From: an uncultured Campylobacter sp.
GTDB lineage: Bacteria; Campylobacterota; Campylobacteria; Campylobacterales; Campylobacteraceae
Length of the DNA stretch: 64,000 nucleotides
Direction: 5' to 3'
Assembly (NCBI GenBank): GCA_900539255.1
Contig: UQBJ01000003.1
Location: 22,058 to 86,057, forward strand
The translations under genes were made by a program, and so were the position numbers. The notes below the pieces were generated by a model. It was not told the origin of the DNA and made no database searches. It worked only from the letters and a program-made list of their open reading frames with translations. Shown piece by piece: positions 44,970 to 54,471 of this stretch (the first letter of the stretch is position 1; every line of letters begins with the position of its first letter).

Positions 44970-45529
44970 TTGCCTTCCCCGTAGGTTTTGATTTTTTCCT
45001 CCACGACACCATCACGCGCGCTTTCCATAAAGTCAGAGCCTTTTTTTAGGGCTTCGCTAGTGAAAACGGCTTGGAATTTGTTGCCTACAAGCGGTTTAGC
45101 ATCGGTTTGTGCTATGTGGCACTGGTCGCAGTTAAAGCGCTCGTTGCTCACGGTATCGCCGCTTGGTTTGTTCGCCTGAAAGTCAAAATAATGACTCGCT
45201 GGGGCTGGTTTGGTGTTCATATCCGCTGCAAGCTCTTTGGTGTGGCAGGTTAGGCATATATTGTTGTCCTTTGTGATGGGCAGCATTTCCTCCATAGTGT
45301 GCGACACAAGCGGCGGGGCGTTTTCAAAAGAGCGTTCCAACACGACAGACTCGCCCGCTTGCACGCCCGTGTAATTCACATCGCCAAGCAAAGCAACTGA
45401 ATTTTCATTTTCCACACTACTTTTACGAAGTCCTATTTCGCTGTCGCTCAGCTCTTTTTCTTTTTTATCGCAAGCGACAAAACAAAGGCTCAAAGCTAGG
45501 GCAAAAGCCAACACGATTTTATTTGTCAT
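44966..45529 (-). CDS. napB: Periplasmic nitrate reductase diheme cytochrome c subunit NapB
   Basis: 187 aa with a signal peptide and two CxxCH motifs (CLTCH, CDQCH). Confidence 0.85.
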   Translation of the reverse strand: MTNKIVLAFALALSLCFVACDKKEKELSDSEIGLRKSSVENENSVALLGDVNYTGVQAGESVVLERSFENAPPLVSHTMEEMLPITKDNNICLTCHTKELAADMNTKPAPASHYFDFQANKPSGDTVSNERFNCDQCHIAQTDAKPLVGNKFQAVFTSEALKKGSDFMESARDGVVEEKIKTYGEGK

Positions 45530-46343
45530 TTTTTTCTCCTTGTAAATTTAAGATACTGAAATTCAAAGCGTCATCGTTGCAAACTTCAACGCAACGCCCA
45601 CAGCGGATACATTCGCCTGAATTCACGCGCCCGCTTTGCTTGCCTATCATCGACAGCACTTGCTTTTCGGGGCAAATGCTGACGCAGTTAAAGCATTTGG
45701 AGCATTTAGCGGAGTCGTATTTGACTTTTAAAAGCGCAAAATGCCCAGCTAGCGCGTAAAATGCGCCCAAAGGACAAAGGTGCGAACAAAGTGCTTTTGG
45801 GCTTAAAAATGTATCCACGACAAAGATGATAAAAGCCACCATCAGCCACGAAATCGTGCCAAAGATGACTCCCCTTTGGATAATGCCTATGTAAGAGATG
45901 CTTTCAAAGGCTGGTGTAGCAAGGACAAACGAGAGCAAAAGGCTTAATGCGAGCAGATAATAGCGGATATTTTTGCTTAAAATGAGCGTTGAACCTTGAA
46001 TTTCAAGCTTTTTACGCACAAAGGCGGCAAAATCCACGATTAAATTCACAGGGCAAACCCAAGCGCAAAACGCGCGTCCCGCAAACAAGCCATAAAAGGC
46101 GAGTATCAGCAAAGCCCCAAGCAACACAGAGCCGCTTAATGCGCCTGCGCTTATGGCTAGTCCAGCGCATAAGAGTTGCAGCACCGCATAAGGGTCGCTC
46201 AAAGGCACAGCACTAAACCACAGCGATGAGCTGAGATTGCCTTGCACGAAAAGGCTCGCACCAAAGGCAAAGCAGGCTAAAACGCCTATTTGTAGCACTC
46301 GTCTTAAAATGAGATATTTGTGTTTTAACATTAAATTCATCAC
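45519..46343 (-). CDS. napH: NapH membrane-bound quinol dehydrogenase, [4Fe-4S] protein
   Basis: 274 aa with 4 TM segments and two C-terminal CxxCxxCxxxCP ferredoxin motifs. Confidence 0.85.
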   Translation of the reverse strand: MMNLMLKHKYLILRRVLQIGVLACFAFGASLFVQGNLSSSLWFSAVPLSDPYAVLQLLCAGLAISAGALSGSVLLGALLILAFYGLFAGRAFCAWVCPVNLIVDFAAFVRKKLEIQGSTLILSKNIRYYLLALSLLLSFVLATPAFESISYIGIIQRGVIFGTISWLMVAFIIFVVDTFLSPKALCSHLCPLGAFYALAGHFALLKVKYDSAKCSKCFNCVSICPEKQVLSMIGKQSGRVNSGECIRCGRCVEVCNDDALNFSILNLQGEKNDK

Positions 46344-47092
46344 AAATCCTCCTCATTTAGATAGTCCAAAGCTCGTTGATTTTGCTTTGGCAAAGGCAAG
46401 TCTTTTGGCGCGTCTTTTAAACGCTCCTCGCCTTTGTTGTCCCAGCCTCGCACATAGTTGCTGCCGCCTCGCCCTAAAACAAAGCCTTGTGGCAGCACGG
46501 TTATCGCAGCTTTTTCGGTAACGCAAGCGCGTTCGCACTTGCCACAACCTACGCAATAATCATTATCCACCACAGGCACGGTCAAAGCGTGCTTGCCCGT
46601 GCGTTCGTTGTGCTTTGTCTCTATTTTTAACGCCTTGTCGATTAAAGGACAAGCGCGGTAGCAAGCCTCACAGCGCAAACCCCAGTAGGCTATGCAGTTT
46701 GCCGTATCGACAACAGCCGTTCCCATTTTTACCTTGAAAATACCCTTTTCTTTTTTAAGGTATTTGTTATCAAGGGCGTTTGTGGGGCATTCTCTTATGC
46801 AAGGTATGTCATCACAAAGGAAACAGGGTGTTTTTCTTGCTTCAAAAAAGGGCGTGCCGTTTTGTGCTAAATCGCTTAAATTTGCAAGTTTGAGCGTGTC
46901 ATAAGGACAAGCATCTACGCAAAGCCCACAGCGAATGCAAAGGCTTAAAAACCTTTGCTCGTTTTCAGCACCCGGCGGGCGCAAAAAATACTTGTCCTTG
47001 CGTTGCACGGCAAGGGCGGCTAAAAAGCCCCCGCCAGCGCAAAGACAGAGCATTTTCAGTGATGAAGCAAAAAATTCTCGTCTATCAGACAT
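46340..47092 (-). CDS. napG: NapG periplasmic ferredoxin-type protein
   Basis: 250 aa with a Tat-like signal (RREFF) and four 4Fe-4S CxxCxxCxxxCP motifs. Confidence 0.88.
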   Translation of the reverse strand: MSDRREFFASSLKMLCLCAGGGFLAALAVQRKDKYFLRPPGAENEQRFLSLCIRCGLCVDACPYDTLKLANLSDLAQNGTPFFEARKTPCFLCDDIPCIRECPTNALDNKYLKKEKGIFKVKMGTAVVDTANCIAYWGLRCEACYRACPLIDKALKIETKHNERTGKHALTVPVVDNDYCVGCGKCERACVTEKAAITVLPQGFVLGRGGSNYVRGWDNKGEERLKDAPKDLPLPKQNQRALDYLNEEDL

Positions 47093-47093
47093 T

Positions 47094-49898
47094 TTACGCC
47101 TTTGTTATCTTTACAGCGCACTTTTTAAAATCCGTCTCGCCAGACAGCGGACAAGTGGCGTCAAGGCAAAGCTTGTTGATATAGACATTTTCATCAAAGA
47201 AAGGCACATAGACAAGTCCCACAGGCGGTTTGTTGCGTCCGCGCATATCGACTTTGGCTTTGATTTTGCCTCGTCTTGACTCGATGAAAACAAAATCCCC
47301 TTGCTTTAAATTCATCTTCGCGCAATCTTGCTCGTTTATGTAGCACAAAGCCTCAGGCACAGCGCGATAAAGCTCAGGCACACGCATAGTCATCGTGCCA
47401 GTATGCCAATGCTCCAAAACCCGTCCCGTGCAAAGCCAGAAAGGATAGTTATCATCAGGGCGTTCAACGGCTTTCATAAACGGACGGAAAAAGATTTTTA
47501 CCTTGTTTTTACAAGAAACCTTTTCCTGCTCCTTGCCCTCAGCTGCGGCAAAAGCGGCTTTCAAATCGCCCTTTGGCAGCGCGCCCTTGTTGCCATAAAA
47601 GGCAAAAGGCATATTTGGCGTGCCAGCCTCATCGGCGGCTTTTTTAGCGTAGTAGTCAAATTTAGTGTTGAAACGCCACTTTGTCTCCTCGCCATTTACC
47701 ACAGGCCAGCGCAAACCACGCACACGATGATAAGTGTCAAATTCACCCAAATCGTGTCCCTCGCCCACGCCAAACTGCCTATACTCTTCCCAAAGTGCCT
47801 TTTGCACGAAAAAGCCATAGCCTTTAAATTCCTTGCCATCAGAGCCTACAACCTTGCGCGCGTCTCCAAAAACCTCGCTGTTGTCATAGTCTTTAAGCAT
47901 AGGGTCGCTCGCATCGTATCTTGTCATATCTTTGTGAGCAAAAAGCACATCAAAAAGCGTATCTTCCTCGCTATAACCCATCTCTTTTGCCTTGTCAAGC
48001 ACGCTTGGTAGGGTTACTTTGTCATTGACTTTCTTTTCGCCCCAGACATCTTTGAGTTTAAAGCGTTTAGCAAATTCCATCATTATCCAAGTATCGCTCA
48101 TCGCTTGTCCCACAGGCAAAACTTGTTGTCGCCAGTGTTGTGTGCGGCGTTCGGCGTTGCCATACGCTCCCCACTTTTCGTAAATCATCGCCGTTGGCAG
48201 TATCAAATCCCCTACCTTTGCTGAAATCCCGGGGTAGCTATCGCTCACCACGATGAAATTGTCCATCTCACGCGCTGCGGCTATCCAGTGGTTAGCGTTT
48301 GCGGTGTTGTGCCAAGGATTATTCACTTGCACCCACGCAAATTTAATGTTGCCGTCCTCCAAATCGCGCATTATCTTCATATAAGGCGCGCCGATAACGC
48401 CATTAAGCGTGCCTTCGGGCAAACGCCAAATTTTTTCGCTGCGCTTTCTGTGTGCAGGATTTCCCACTACCATATCAGCAGGCAAGCGGTGCGCGAAAGT
48501 GCCGACTTCTCTTGCCGTGCCGCAAGCACTTGGCTGTCCTGTGAGCGAAAAGGCTCCGTTGCCCGGTTGAGCTTGCTTGCCGACTAAAAAATGCACCATA
48601 TACGCTTGCTCATTTACCCAAGTGCCACGCACATGTTGGTTAAAGCCCATAGTCCAAAAGCTCACAACCTTGCGGTTTTTTTCCATATAGAGTTTGGCTA
48701 AATTCTGCAACTTTTTCTTGTAATCCTCCAAGCTCTCGCTCTCATCGCCTTTTGAAACGCTTGCGACATAGTCAAGCGTATAAGGCGCAAGGGCTTTTTT
48801 GAATTCCTCAAAGCTGATAGCCCAGTGGTTTGCGGCTTTGCCAGCGTTTTTCATCTCTACTTCATCGCCTGCCTTGTAGCCAAGTGCGCTTAACGCCATA
48901 GCTTCTTCATCATCAAGCGTGATTTTAAGCTGTTTTGCCACAGTGTCTTTTTCGCTGTCCTTGAATTTAGGGTGATTTGGGTTTGGACGCATTCCATAGC
49001 CTATGTCAATAGGTCCTGTGGCGAAAACGCAGTGGTTGTCGATGAATTTTTTGTCCATAGCGTTAGGGTTGTTATAGACGATTTCGCGTGCTATGTAGTT
49101 CCATATCGCTAAATCCGTGCTTGGCTTGAAGATGATTTCATAATCAGCTATGTTTGAAGTGCGGTTTGAAAAGGTGCTTAAATTCACAACCTTGACATTT
49201 GGGTTGCTCAGCTTTCTGTCAGAAACGCGACTCCACAAAACAGGGTGCATTTCAGCCATATTTGCGCCCCAAGTGATGATAGTGTCGGTATGCTCTATGT
49301 CATCATAACAGCCCGCTGGCTCATCGACACCAAAGGTTTGCATAAACGCCACAACAGCACTTGCCATACAATGCCTTGCGTTTGGGTCTATGTTGTTTGA
49401 GCGAAAGCCCGCTTTCATCAGCTTCGCAGCGACATAGCCTTCTTGAATGGTGTATTGCCCGCTACCAAAGATAGCCACGCCCGTTACACCCTTTTCGCTG
49501 TAAGCCTTGCGAAACTGCTTTTCCATCTCGTCAAAGGCGCGTTGCCACGAAATTTGCTGGAATTTGCCCTTTTTGTCAAATTCGCCCTTTGAATTCACGC
49601 GCAAAAGCGGAGCGACAAGGCGGTCCTCGCCATACATAATTTTGGCGTTAAAATAACCCTTAATGCAGTTAAGCCCGCGATTTACAGGCGCTGCTGGGTC
49701 GCCTTTGACAGCGACTATTTTGTTGTCCTTTGTCGCTACCATTATCCCACAGCCCGTTCCACAAAAGCGACAAGCTGCCTTGTCCCAACGCCATTTTTCA
49801 GGCTCTTGGGCGCTGAGCGTGCTTGGCACAGCCATACCTGCCACACTTGCCGCACTTGCGATGGCAGTGTTTTTGATGAAATCTCGTCTATTCATCAT
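47094..49898 (-). CDS. napA: Periplasmic nitrate reductase catalytic subunit NapA
   Basis: 934 aa with a twin-arginine signal (NRRDFIK), an N-terminal [4Fe-4S] motif CRFCGTGCG and molybdopterin oxidoreductase domains. Confidence 0.95.
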   Translation of the reverse strand: MMNRRDFIKNTAIASAASVAGMAVPSTLSAQEPEKWRWDKAACRFCGTGCGIMVATKDNKIVAVKGDPAAPVNRGLNCIKGYFNAKIMYGEDRLVAPLLRVNSKGEFDKKGKFQQISWQRAFDEMEKQFRKAYSEKGVTGVAIFGSGQYTIQEGYVAAKLMKAGFRSNNIDPNARHCMASAVVAFMQTFGVDEPAGCYDDIEHTDTIITWGANMAEMHPVLWSRVSDRKLSNPNVKVVNLSTFSNRTSNIADYEIIFKPSTDLAIWNYIAREIVYNNPNAMDKKFIDNHCVFATGPIDIGYGMRPNPNHPKFKDSEKDTVAKQLKITLDDEEAMALSALGYKAGDEVEMKNAGKAANHWAISFEEFKKALAPYTLDYVASVSKGDESESLEDYKKKLQNLAKLYMEKNRKVVSFWTMGFNQHVRGTWVNEQAYMVHFLVGKQAQPGNGAFSLTGQPSACGTAREVGTFAHRLPADMVVGNPAHRKRSEKIWRLPEGTLNGVIGAPYMKIMRDLEDGNIKFAWVQVNNPWHNTANANHWIAAAREMDNFIVVSDSYPGISAKVGDLILPTAMIYEKWGAYGNAERRTQHWRQQVLPVGQAMSDTWIMMEFAKRFKLKDVWGEKKVNDKVTLPSVLDKAKEMGYSEEDTLFDVLFAHKDMTRYDASDPMLKDYDNSEVFGDARKVVGSDGKEFKGYGFFVQKALWEEYRQFGVGEGHDLGEFDTYHRVRGLRWPVVNGEETKWRFNTKFDYYAKKAADEAGTPNMPFAFYGNKGALPKGDLKAAFAAAEGKEQEKVSCKNKVKIFFRPFMKAVERPDDNYPFWLCTGRVLEHWHTGTMTMRVPELYRAVPEALCYINEQDCAKMNLKQGDFVFIESRRGKIKAKVDMRGRNKPPVGLVYVPFFDENVYINKLCLDATCPLSGETDFKKCAVKITKA

Positions 49899-50291
49899 TT
49901 CCTCCCTTGTGTAAGATTTTCATTTTTGTATTATACAAGAAAAATTTTAAATTTTTTCTAAAATTTAGAATAATTTGCAAATAATTTTAAATACGACTTT
50001 TTTAGTGTTTTTAATCAAAGGCTAGAATGTTATTTTATTAAATTTTTGCATATTTTTGAAAGCCCTGCAAAATGGCATTTTCTGCTCCAAAATTTCATTT
50101 TAACGACAAAAGAGTATAAATTCATACTTTTTCACTCTATATTAAATTTTATAAGATATAATTTTGCTATCCAAATTTTTACGCCCTTTTTGTAAGCCTT
50201 AAAAAGCCCTATTTGTAGGGCAAAAGAGCATAAAAGCAAGCGCAAAGCTTTGGAAAATCAACATTTGGTTACCAAACCAGAAAGGCATAGT

Positions 50292-51116
50292 ATGAAAAAG
50301 ATAGCATTTGCTAGTCTTACGATTTTAGTTGCGCTCTTTTTGAGCGCTTGCAGCGGGGACTCTAACACGCTTGCTAAGATAAAAGAAAACGGCGTGGTGC
50401 GCATAGGCGTTTTCGCCGACAAGCCGCCCTTTGGCTTCATCGATGCCAGCGGTGTCAATCAAGGCTATGACATAGTCTTTGCTAAACGCATCGCAAGCGA
50501 GCTTTTGGGCGATGAAAACAAGGTGCAGTTCGTGCCTGTCGAGGCTGCAAACCGCGTGGAGTTTTTGAAATCCGACAAGGTAGATATAATCCTTGCAAAT
50601 TTCACGCAAACGCCCGAAAGAGCGGAGCAGGTGGATTTCACGCTGCCCTATATGAAAGTTTCACTAGGCATTGTCGTGCCTGATGGCTCTACAATCGCCA
50701 GCGTGGAGGACTTAAAAGGCAAAAAACTCATCGTTAATAAAGGCACAACAGCCGATGCGTATTTTACCAAAAATCACCCAGACATTGAGCTAGTGCGCTT
50801 TGACCAAAACACAGAGACTTTCAACGCCTTTAAAGACGGACGAGGGGACGCTTTATCACACGATAACACCCTACTTTTCGCTTGGGCGAAAGATAACGAT
50901 GGCTTTAAAGTCGTAGTGCGTGAGCTTGGCAGCAAGGATACTATCGCAGCTGCCGTGAAAAAGGGCGACACAGAGCTAAAAAGCTTTATCGATGAGCTTA
51001 TAGTAAAACTTGCAGACGAGCAGTTTTTCCACAAAGCTTATGAAAGCACACTCAAAGAGGCTTTTACCAGCGACATAAACGCTGATGAAGTCGTCATCGA
51101 GGGCGGAAAATACTAA
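50292..51116 (+). CDS. Amino-acid ABC transporter substrate-binding lipoprotein (SBP family 3, CjaA/PEB1-like)
   Basis: ATG at 50292 with RBS AGAAAGG. It has a lipobox LSAC and a PBPb fold motif (GVVRIGV...KPPFGF). Confidence 0.85.
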   Translation: MKKIAFASLTILVALFLSACSGDSNTLAKIKENGVVRIGVFADKPPFGFIDASGVNQGYDIVFAKRIASELLGDENKVQFVPVEAANRVEFLKSDKVDIILANFTQTPERAEQVDFTLPYMKVSLGIVVPDGSTIASVEDLKGKKLIVNKGTTADAYFTKNHPDIELVRFDQNTETFNAFKDGRGDALSHDNTLLFAWAKDNDGFKVVVRELGSKDTIAAAVKKGDTELKSFIDELIVKLADEQFFHKAYESTLKEAFTSDINADEVVIEGGKY

Positions 51117-51406
51117 AAACGCGAGCAAGCAACTTAAAAGCTGAATTTTGCTTGATTTTAGATGAAAATTTTGGGCGAAATTCGGCTTTTTGCGTGGCAA
51201 AACCTTGCGAAAGTCAAAAAATTTACAGCATTGAAACAAAACTATAAATTTATAGCGTTGAAACAAAGTTATAAATTTTTTAGCTAAAAAGCGTTGATTG
51301 TGAGTGAATTTTATCAATCATCGCAAGCAAAGCTTTTTTGCAAGCTTTGCTTAATCCAGCCTTTGCAAGCATTGTCTTTTCAAGCATTTGCGTTTGCTAA
51401 CGCCCG

Positions 51407-53560
51407 CTAGTATTTATACTCAAAGCCTGCAAACCATTGTCGCCCAGCGAAATGATAGCTCTGCCCTATAACGCCTGAGTAGTTATCTCTATCGGTTAAA
51501 TTCAGCACGCCAGCATTGACACTCAAACCCTTGCCAAGCTCGTAGTTTGCCGACAAGTCCAAAGTAAAGTAGTTTGCACCCTTGTCATAGCCGCCGTTGC
51601 CGTCTTCATAGTATCTTGCGCTTTCAAGTGTGCTAAGAGCGATGAATTTAAGGCTGTTTATCGGCTTTATGATGATTTTAGCATTAGCTATGTGGTTTGG
51701 ATAATCAAGGATTTTTTTGCCATCCGAGCTGCCGTAAGCTTCAAGCTCCACGCCTTTGGCTCTTTTTTGGATAAAACTATAATTCGCCCCCAAAATCAGC
51801 ATATCATCAGCGAAAAAGCCCTGCTCCACGCCCACTTCACCGCCATAAGTGTAGCCGCTGTCCGCATTGACATTTTGGTAGCAAGAGTATTTGCCTCTTT
51901 TGTTTTCAGGCACGGCGCAAACGGCTTTTGCTGCGTTTTCATCTGCCGTTTGAATAAGCGTTTTTTGGACAAACATATTTTTCATATCGTTGTAAAACAC
52001 CGCCACGCTTAAATTCGTGCTTCCAAGTGCTAAATCATACCCTAGCTCGTAATTTATGGCATTTTCTATGTCAAGCCCCGGGCTTTTAACCTGCGCGCCC
52101 CATAGTGATGAGTAGCGTTGCTTTAAGGTTGGCAGGTTGTTTTTCTTGCCAAGCGTGAAATGCACGCTTTGCGCTGAGCTTATATCATAATAAAGCACGC
52201 CCTGCAAAGAGTAGCCATCATCAAGTTCGGGCTGTTTGTCTTTGACATTGCCTTGTCCGTCCTTAAAGTCGATATTCAAAGGCTCTATAAAATCATAGCT
52301 TCCAGCCACGACAGCACGAAACACGCCCAGCCTTTGGGAGTATTGCGCGAAAATGCTTGTGCTAAGCTCTTTAAGCTCGGTGTTGATAGCCTTTGTGCTA
52401 GCGTCCTTTTCCAAATGCGTGTCTTTTTTTGTGTTGATACCAAATTTAGCGTTTGCATTTTCATAAATGTCATAGCCAAGCGTCAAAATAAGCCCCAAAG
52501 TGTTATCATCATAAATAGAGCTTACGCCGCAAAACCCAGCACTGCTCGCGCTGCCATCAGCGTTTAGGCATTTTGTTTTATCGCCAATGAGAGTGTTGTA
52601 AAAGGTATCATAATAAAGCCTTGTGTTTAGGCTCAAATCGGGCGTAAAGTATGAATTTCCTAGCAAATAAAGTGTCTTTTTGTCGTAGTTTGTCCAGTCC
52701 CACCAAGGTCCGCCGCCATCATCGCTGTATAAACCGCCCTTTTCGCCCCTTTGATAGATGAAATTCAAAGAGTATTCGTGGTTTTCATTTGGCATAATGC
52801 CCGCTTTGAGTTTAGCGGTTTTGTTTCTATAATAAGCGTTGATTTTATCGCCCTTTGGCTGTATGATAGTGGGCTTAAAATCGCTTGAAAGCGGGTAAGT
52901 GCTTCTGTCTGTGTGCGAAATGTCGGCTTGAAAGTAGAATTTACCGACATTTGAGCCTATGCCAAAGCCTTGACGAATTTCATCAGGGCTTGAATGTCTG
53001 CCAAAAAGCAAATTTTGACGCACGGAGATTTCAAGCTCTTTTTGCGGGCGGTGCGAGATGATATTTATCGCCCCGCCAAGCGTGTTCATACCATAAACAG
53101 GCGAGGCAAAGCCCTTGCTGACTTGAATGCTCCCTATGCCTTGCGTAACATACTGCCCAAAATCCGTCTGTTTGTCATAAACGCTCATCATAGGAATGCC
53201 GTCTAAAAACAGCCCGATTTGAGTGCCATTAAACCCACGAATGCTAATGCTTGGCTCGCCACGCCTTGCCGTAGCTTCACTCATCAAAACGCCCGGCGTA
53301 AAACGCACCGCTTGGGCTATATTGTCAGCATTTAACTCTTGTATGTCCCTAAAAGTCGTGCTTTGAATGCTAGGATTATAGTCTATCTCCTGCGGGGCAG
53401 TAACTTCGACAGCACCAAGTTCATAAGTAGGAAGCGTGGTGCTTAAATTTAGCTTTGAATTCAGCTCACTTGTAGCGTTACTCTCACCAAAAGCACAGCT
53501 TGCAAGCAAGCCTAAACAAAGCGTTTGCGAAAGCAAAATCTTGCTAAAATAACCTTGCAT
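51407..53560 (-). CDS. TonB-dependent outer-membrane receptor
   Basis: 717 aa with a signal peptide, a plug domain (PSISIRGFNGTQIGLFLDGIPM) and a 22-strand barrel ending ...WFAGFEYKY. Confidence 0.88.
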   Translation of the reverse strand: MQGYFSKILLSQTLCLGLLASCAFGESNATSELNSKLNLSTTLPTYELGAVEVTAPQEIDYNPSIQSTTFRDIQELNADNIAQAVRFTPGVLMSEATARRGEPSISIRGFNGTQIGLFLDGIPMMSVYDKQTDFGQYVTQGIGSIQVSKGFASPVYGMNTLGGAINIISHRPQKELEISVRQNLLFGRHSSPDEIRQGFGIGSNVGKFYFQADISHTDRSTYPLSSDFKPTIIQPKGDKINAYYRNKTAKLKAGIMPNENHEYSLNFIYQRGEKGGLYSDDGGGPWWDWTNYDKKTLYLLGNSYFTPDLSLNTRLYYDTFYNTLIGDKTKCLNADGSASSAGFCGVSSIYDDNTLGLILTLGYDIYENANAKFGINTKKDTHLEKDASTKAINTELKELSTSIFAQYSQRLGVFRAVVAGSYDFIEPLNIDFKDGQGNVKDKQPELDDGYSLQGVLYYDISSAQSVHFTLGKKNNLPTLKQRYSSLWGAQVKSPGLDIENAINYELGYDLALGSTNLSVAVFYNDMKNMFVQKTLIQTADENAAKAVCAVPENKRGKYSCYQNVNADSGYTYGGEVGVEQGFFADDMLILGANYSFIQKRAKGVELEAYGSSDGKKILDYPNHIANAKIIIKPINSLKFIALSTLESARYYEDGNGGYDKGANYFTLDLSANYELGKGLSVNAGVLNLTDRDNYSGVIGQSYHFAGRQWFAGFEYKY

Positions 53561-53783
53561 AGTGTTCTCCTTGTGTTTTGAAATTGTTTCATAAGTGCAT
53601 ATTATAACACAAAATTTGCGGATTTGTTCAAAAAGAGAATAAATTTTTTAATAAGATTTTTTGGGACTAAAACGAGTTTTGAGCGTGAATTTTTTGCAAA
53701 ATTTTTAAATTTTGATGAATTTCTGCAAATTTTTGTGAATTTTAGCTTTCAAAAGGCTTTTAGGATTTTAAAAGCCTTTTATC

Positions 53784-54005
53784 TTACGCCTTAAAAAATT
53801 CCCTTGCGGTTTTGATTTTGTTTATCGTGCCTGCAAGGGTGTTTTTCTCGCGCTCGATGAGAGCTAGGGCTTCGCTTGCTAGGTGCGCTGCTTGGACTAG
53901 CTCATCTTGCGTAGCCTCTGGCAGCTGCTTTTCAAAAAGCCGCCCTATGCTTTCTATGTCTTCTTCTGCGATGGCGATTTTGAGTTTATTGAGCCACTCT
54001 TGCAA
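53784..54005 (-). CDS. Small flagellar-operon protein (Cj0550-like; possible FliT-type chaperone)
   Basis: 73-aa helical protein immediately downstream of fliS, with a 20-bp overlap, as in C. jejuni. Confidence 0.45.
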   Translation of the reverse strand: MQEWLNKLKIAIAEEDIESIGRLFEKQLPEATQDELVQAAHLASEALALIEREKNTLAGTINKIKTAREFFKA

Positions 54006-54462
54006 GCTCGTCCTTTTGGCTTTCTTCGGCGTTATTTTGGGTTTCTTTTCTTAAATCCAAAACATTCGCCTTTTGGTTTAAGTCAGGGTGAATCTCACGC
54101 CACGCTTCAAGCAAGCAGCGCACGACATTGATGACTTCATCGACTTTGGCTTCATCGTTGCGCAAATTCGCTTGCGATAAAAGCTTGATTTCGTAAAGAT
54201 AAAGCCCGTTGAGATAGTAAGCCACATCGCCGCCGCGCTCGTAATCAAGGCTATTTATCAGCTCGATGAAAATCGCCGTAGCCCGCTTGCAGTAGTAAAG
54301 GCGTTGCTCTATGTCGTCTTTTTTGATAAAGACTTTCATACGAGAGCAAAAGCGCAAAAGCCCTTCATAAAGCATTTCGATGAGCCTTTGTGGAGACTCG
54401 ATACCTACTTGGTTTTGCGAGTAGGCGTTGTAAATTTCAGTGTTTGCTATGTTTGCTTGCAC
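53986..54462 (-). CDS. fliS: Flagellin-specific chaperone FliS
   Basis: 158-aa FliS family protein (IEMLYEGLLRF). Confidence 0.88.
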   Translation of the reverse strand: MQANIANTEIYNAYSQNQVGIESPQRLIEMLYEGLLRFCSRMKVFIKKDDIEQRLYYCKRATAIFIELINSLDYERGGDVAYYLNGLYLYEIKLLSQANLRNDEAKVDEVINVVRCLLEAWREIHPDLNQKANVLDLRKETQNNAEESQKDELARVAQ

Positions 54463-54471
54463 GGTTGCTCC

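Noticed and set aside
47094-49898. Formate dehydrogenase alpha (selenocysteine-containing) as identity of the large molybdoenzyme
   Set aside because: The N-terminal CRFCGTGCG motif and the napG, napH, napB and napD neighbours identify it as NapA. No in-frame TGA is needed.
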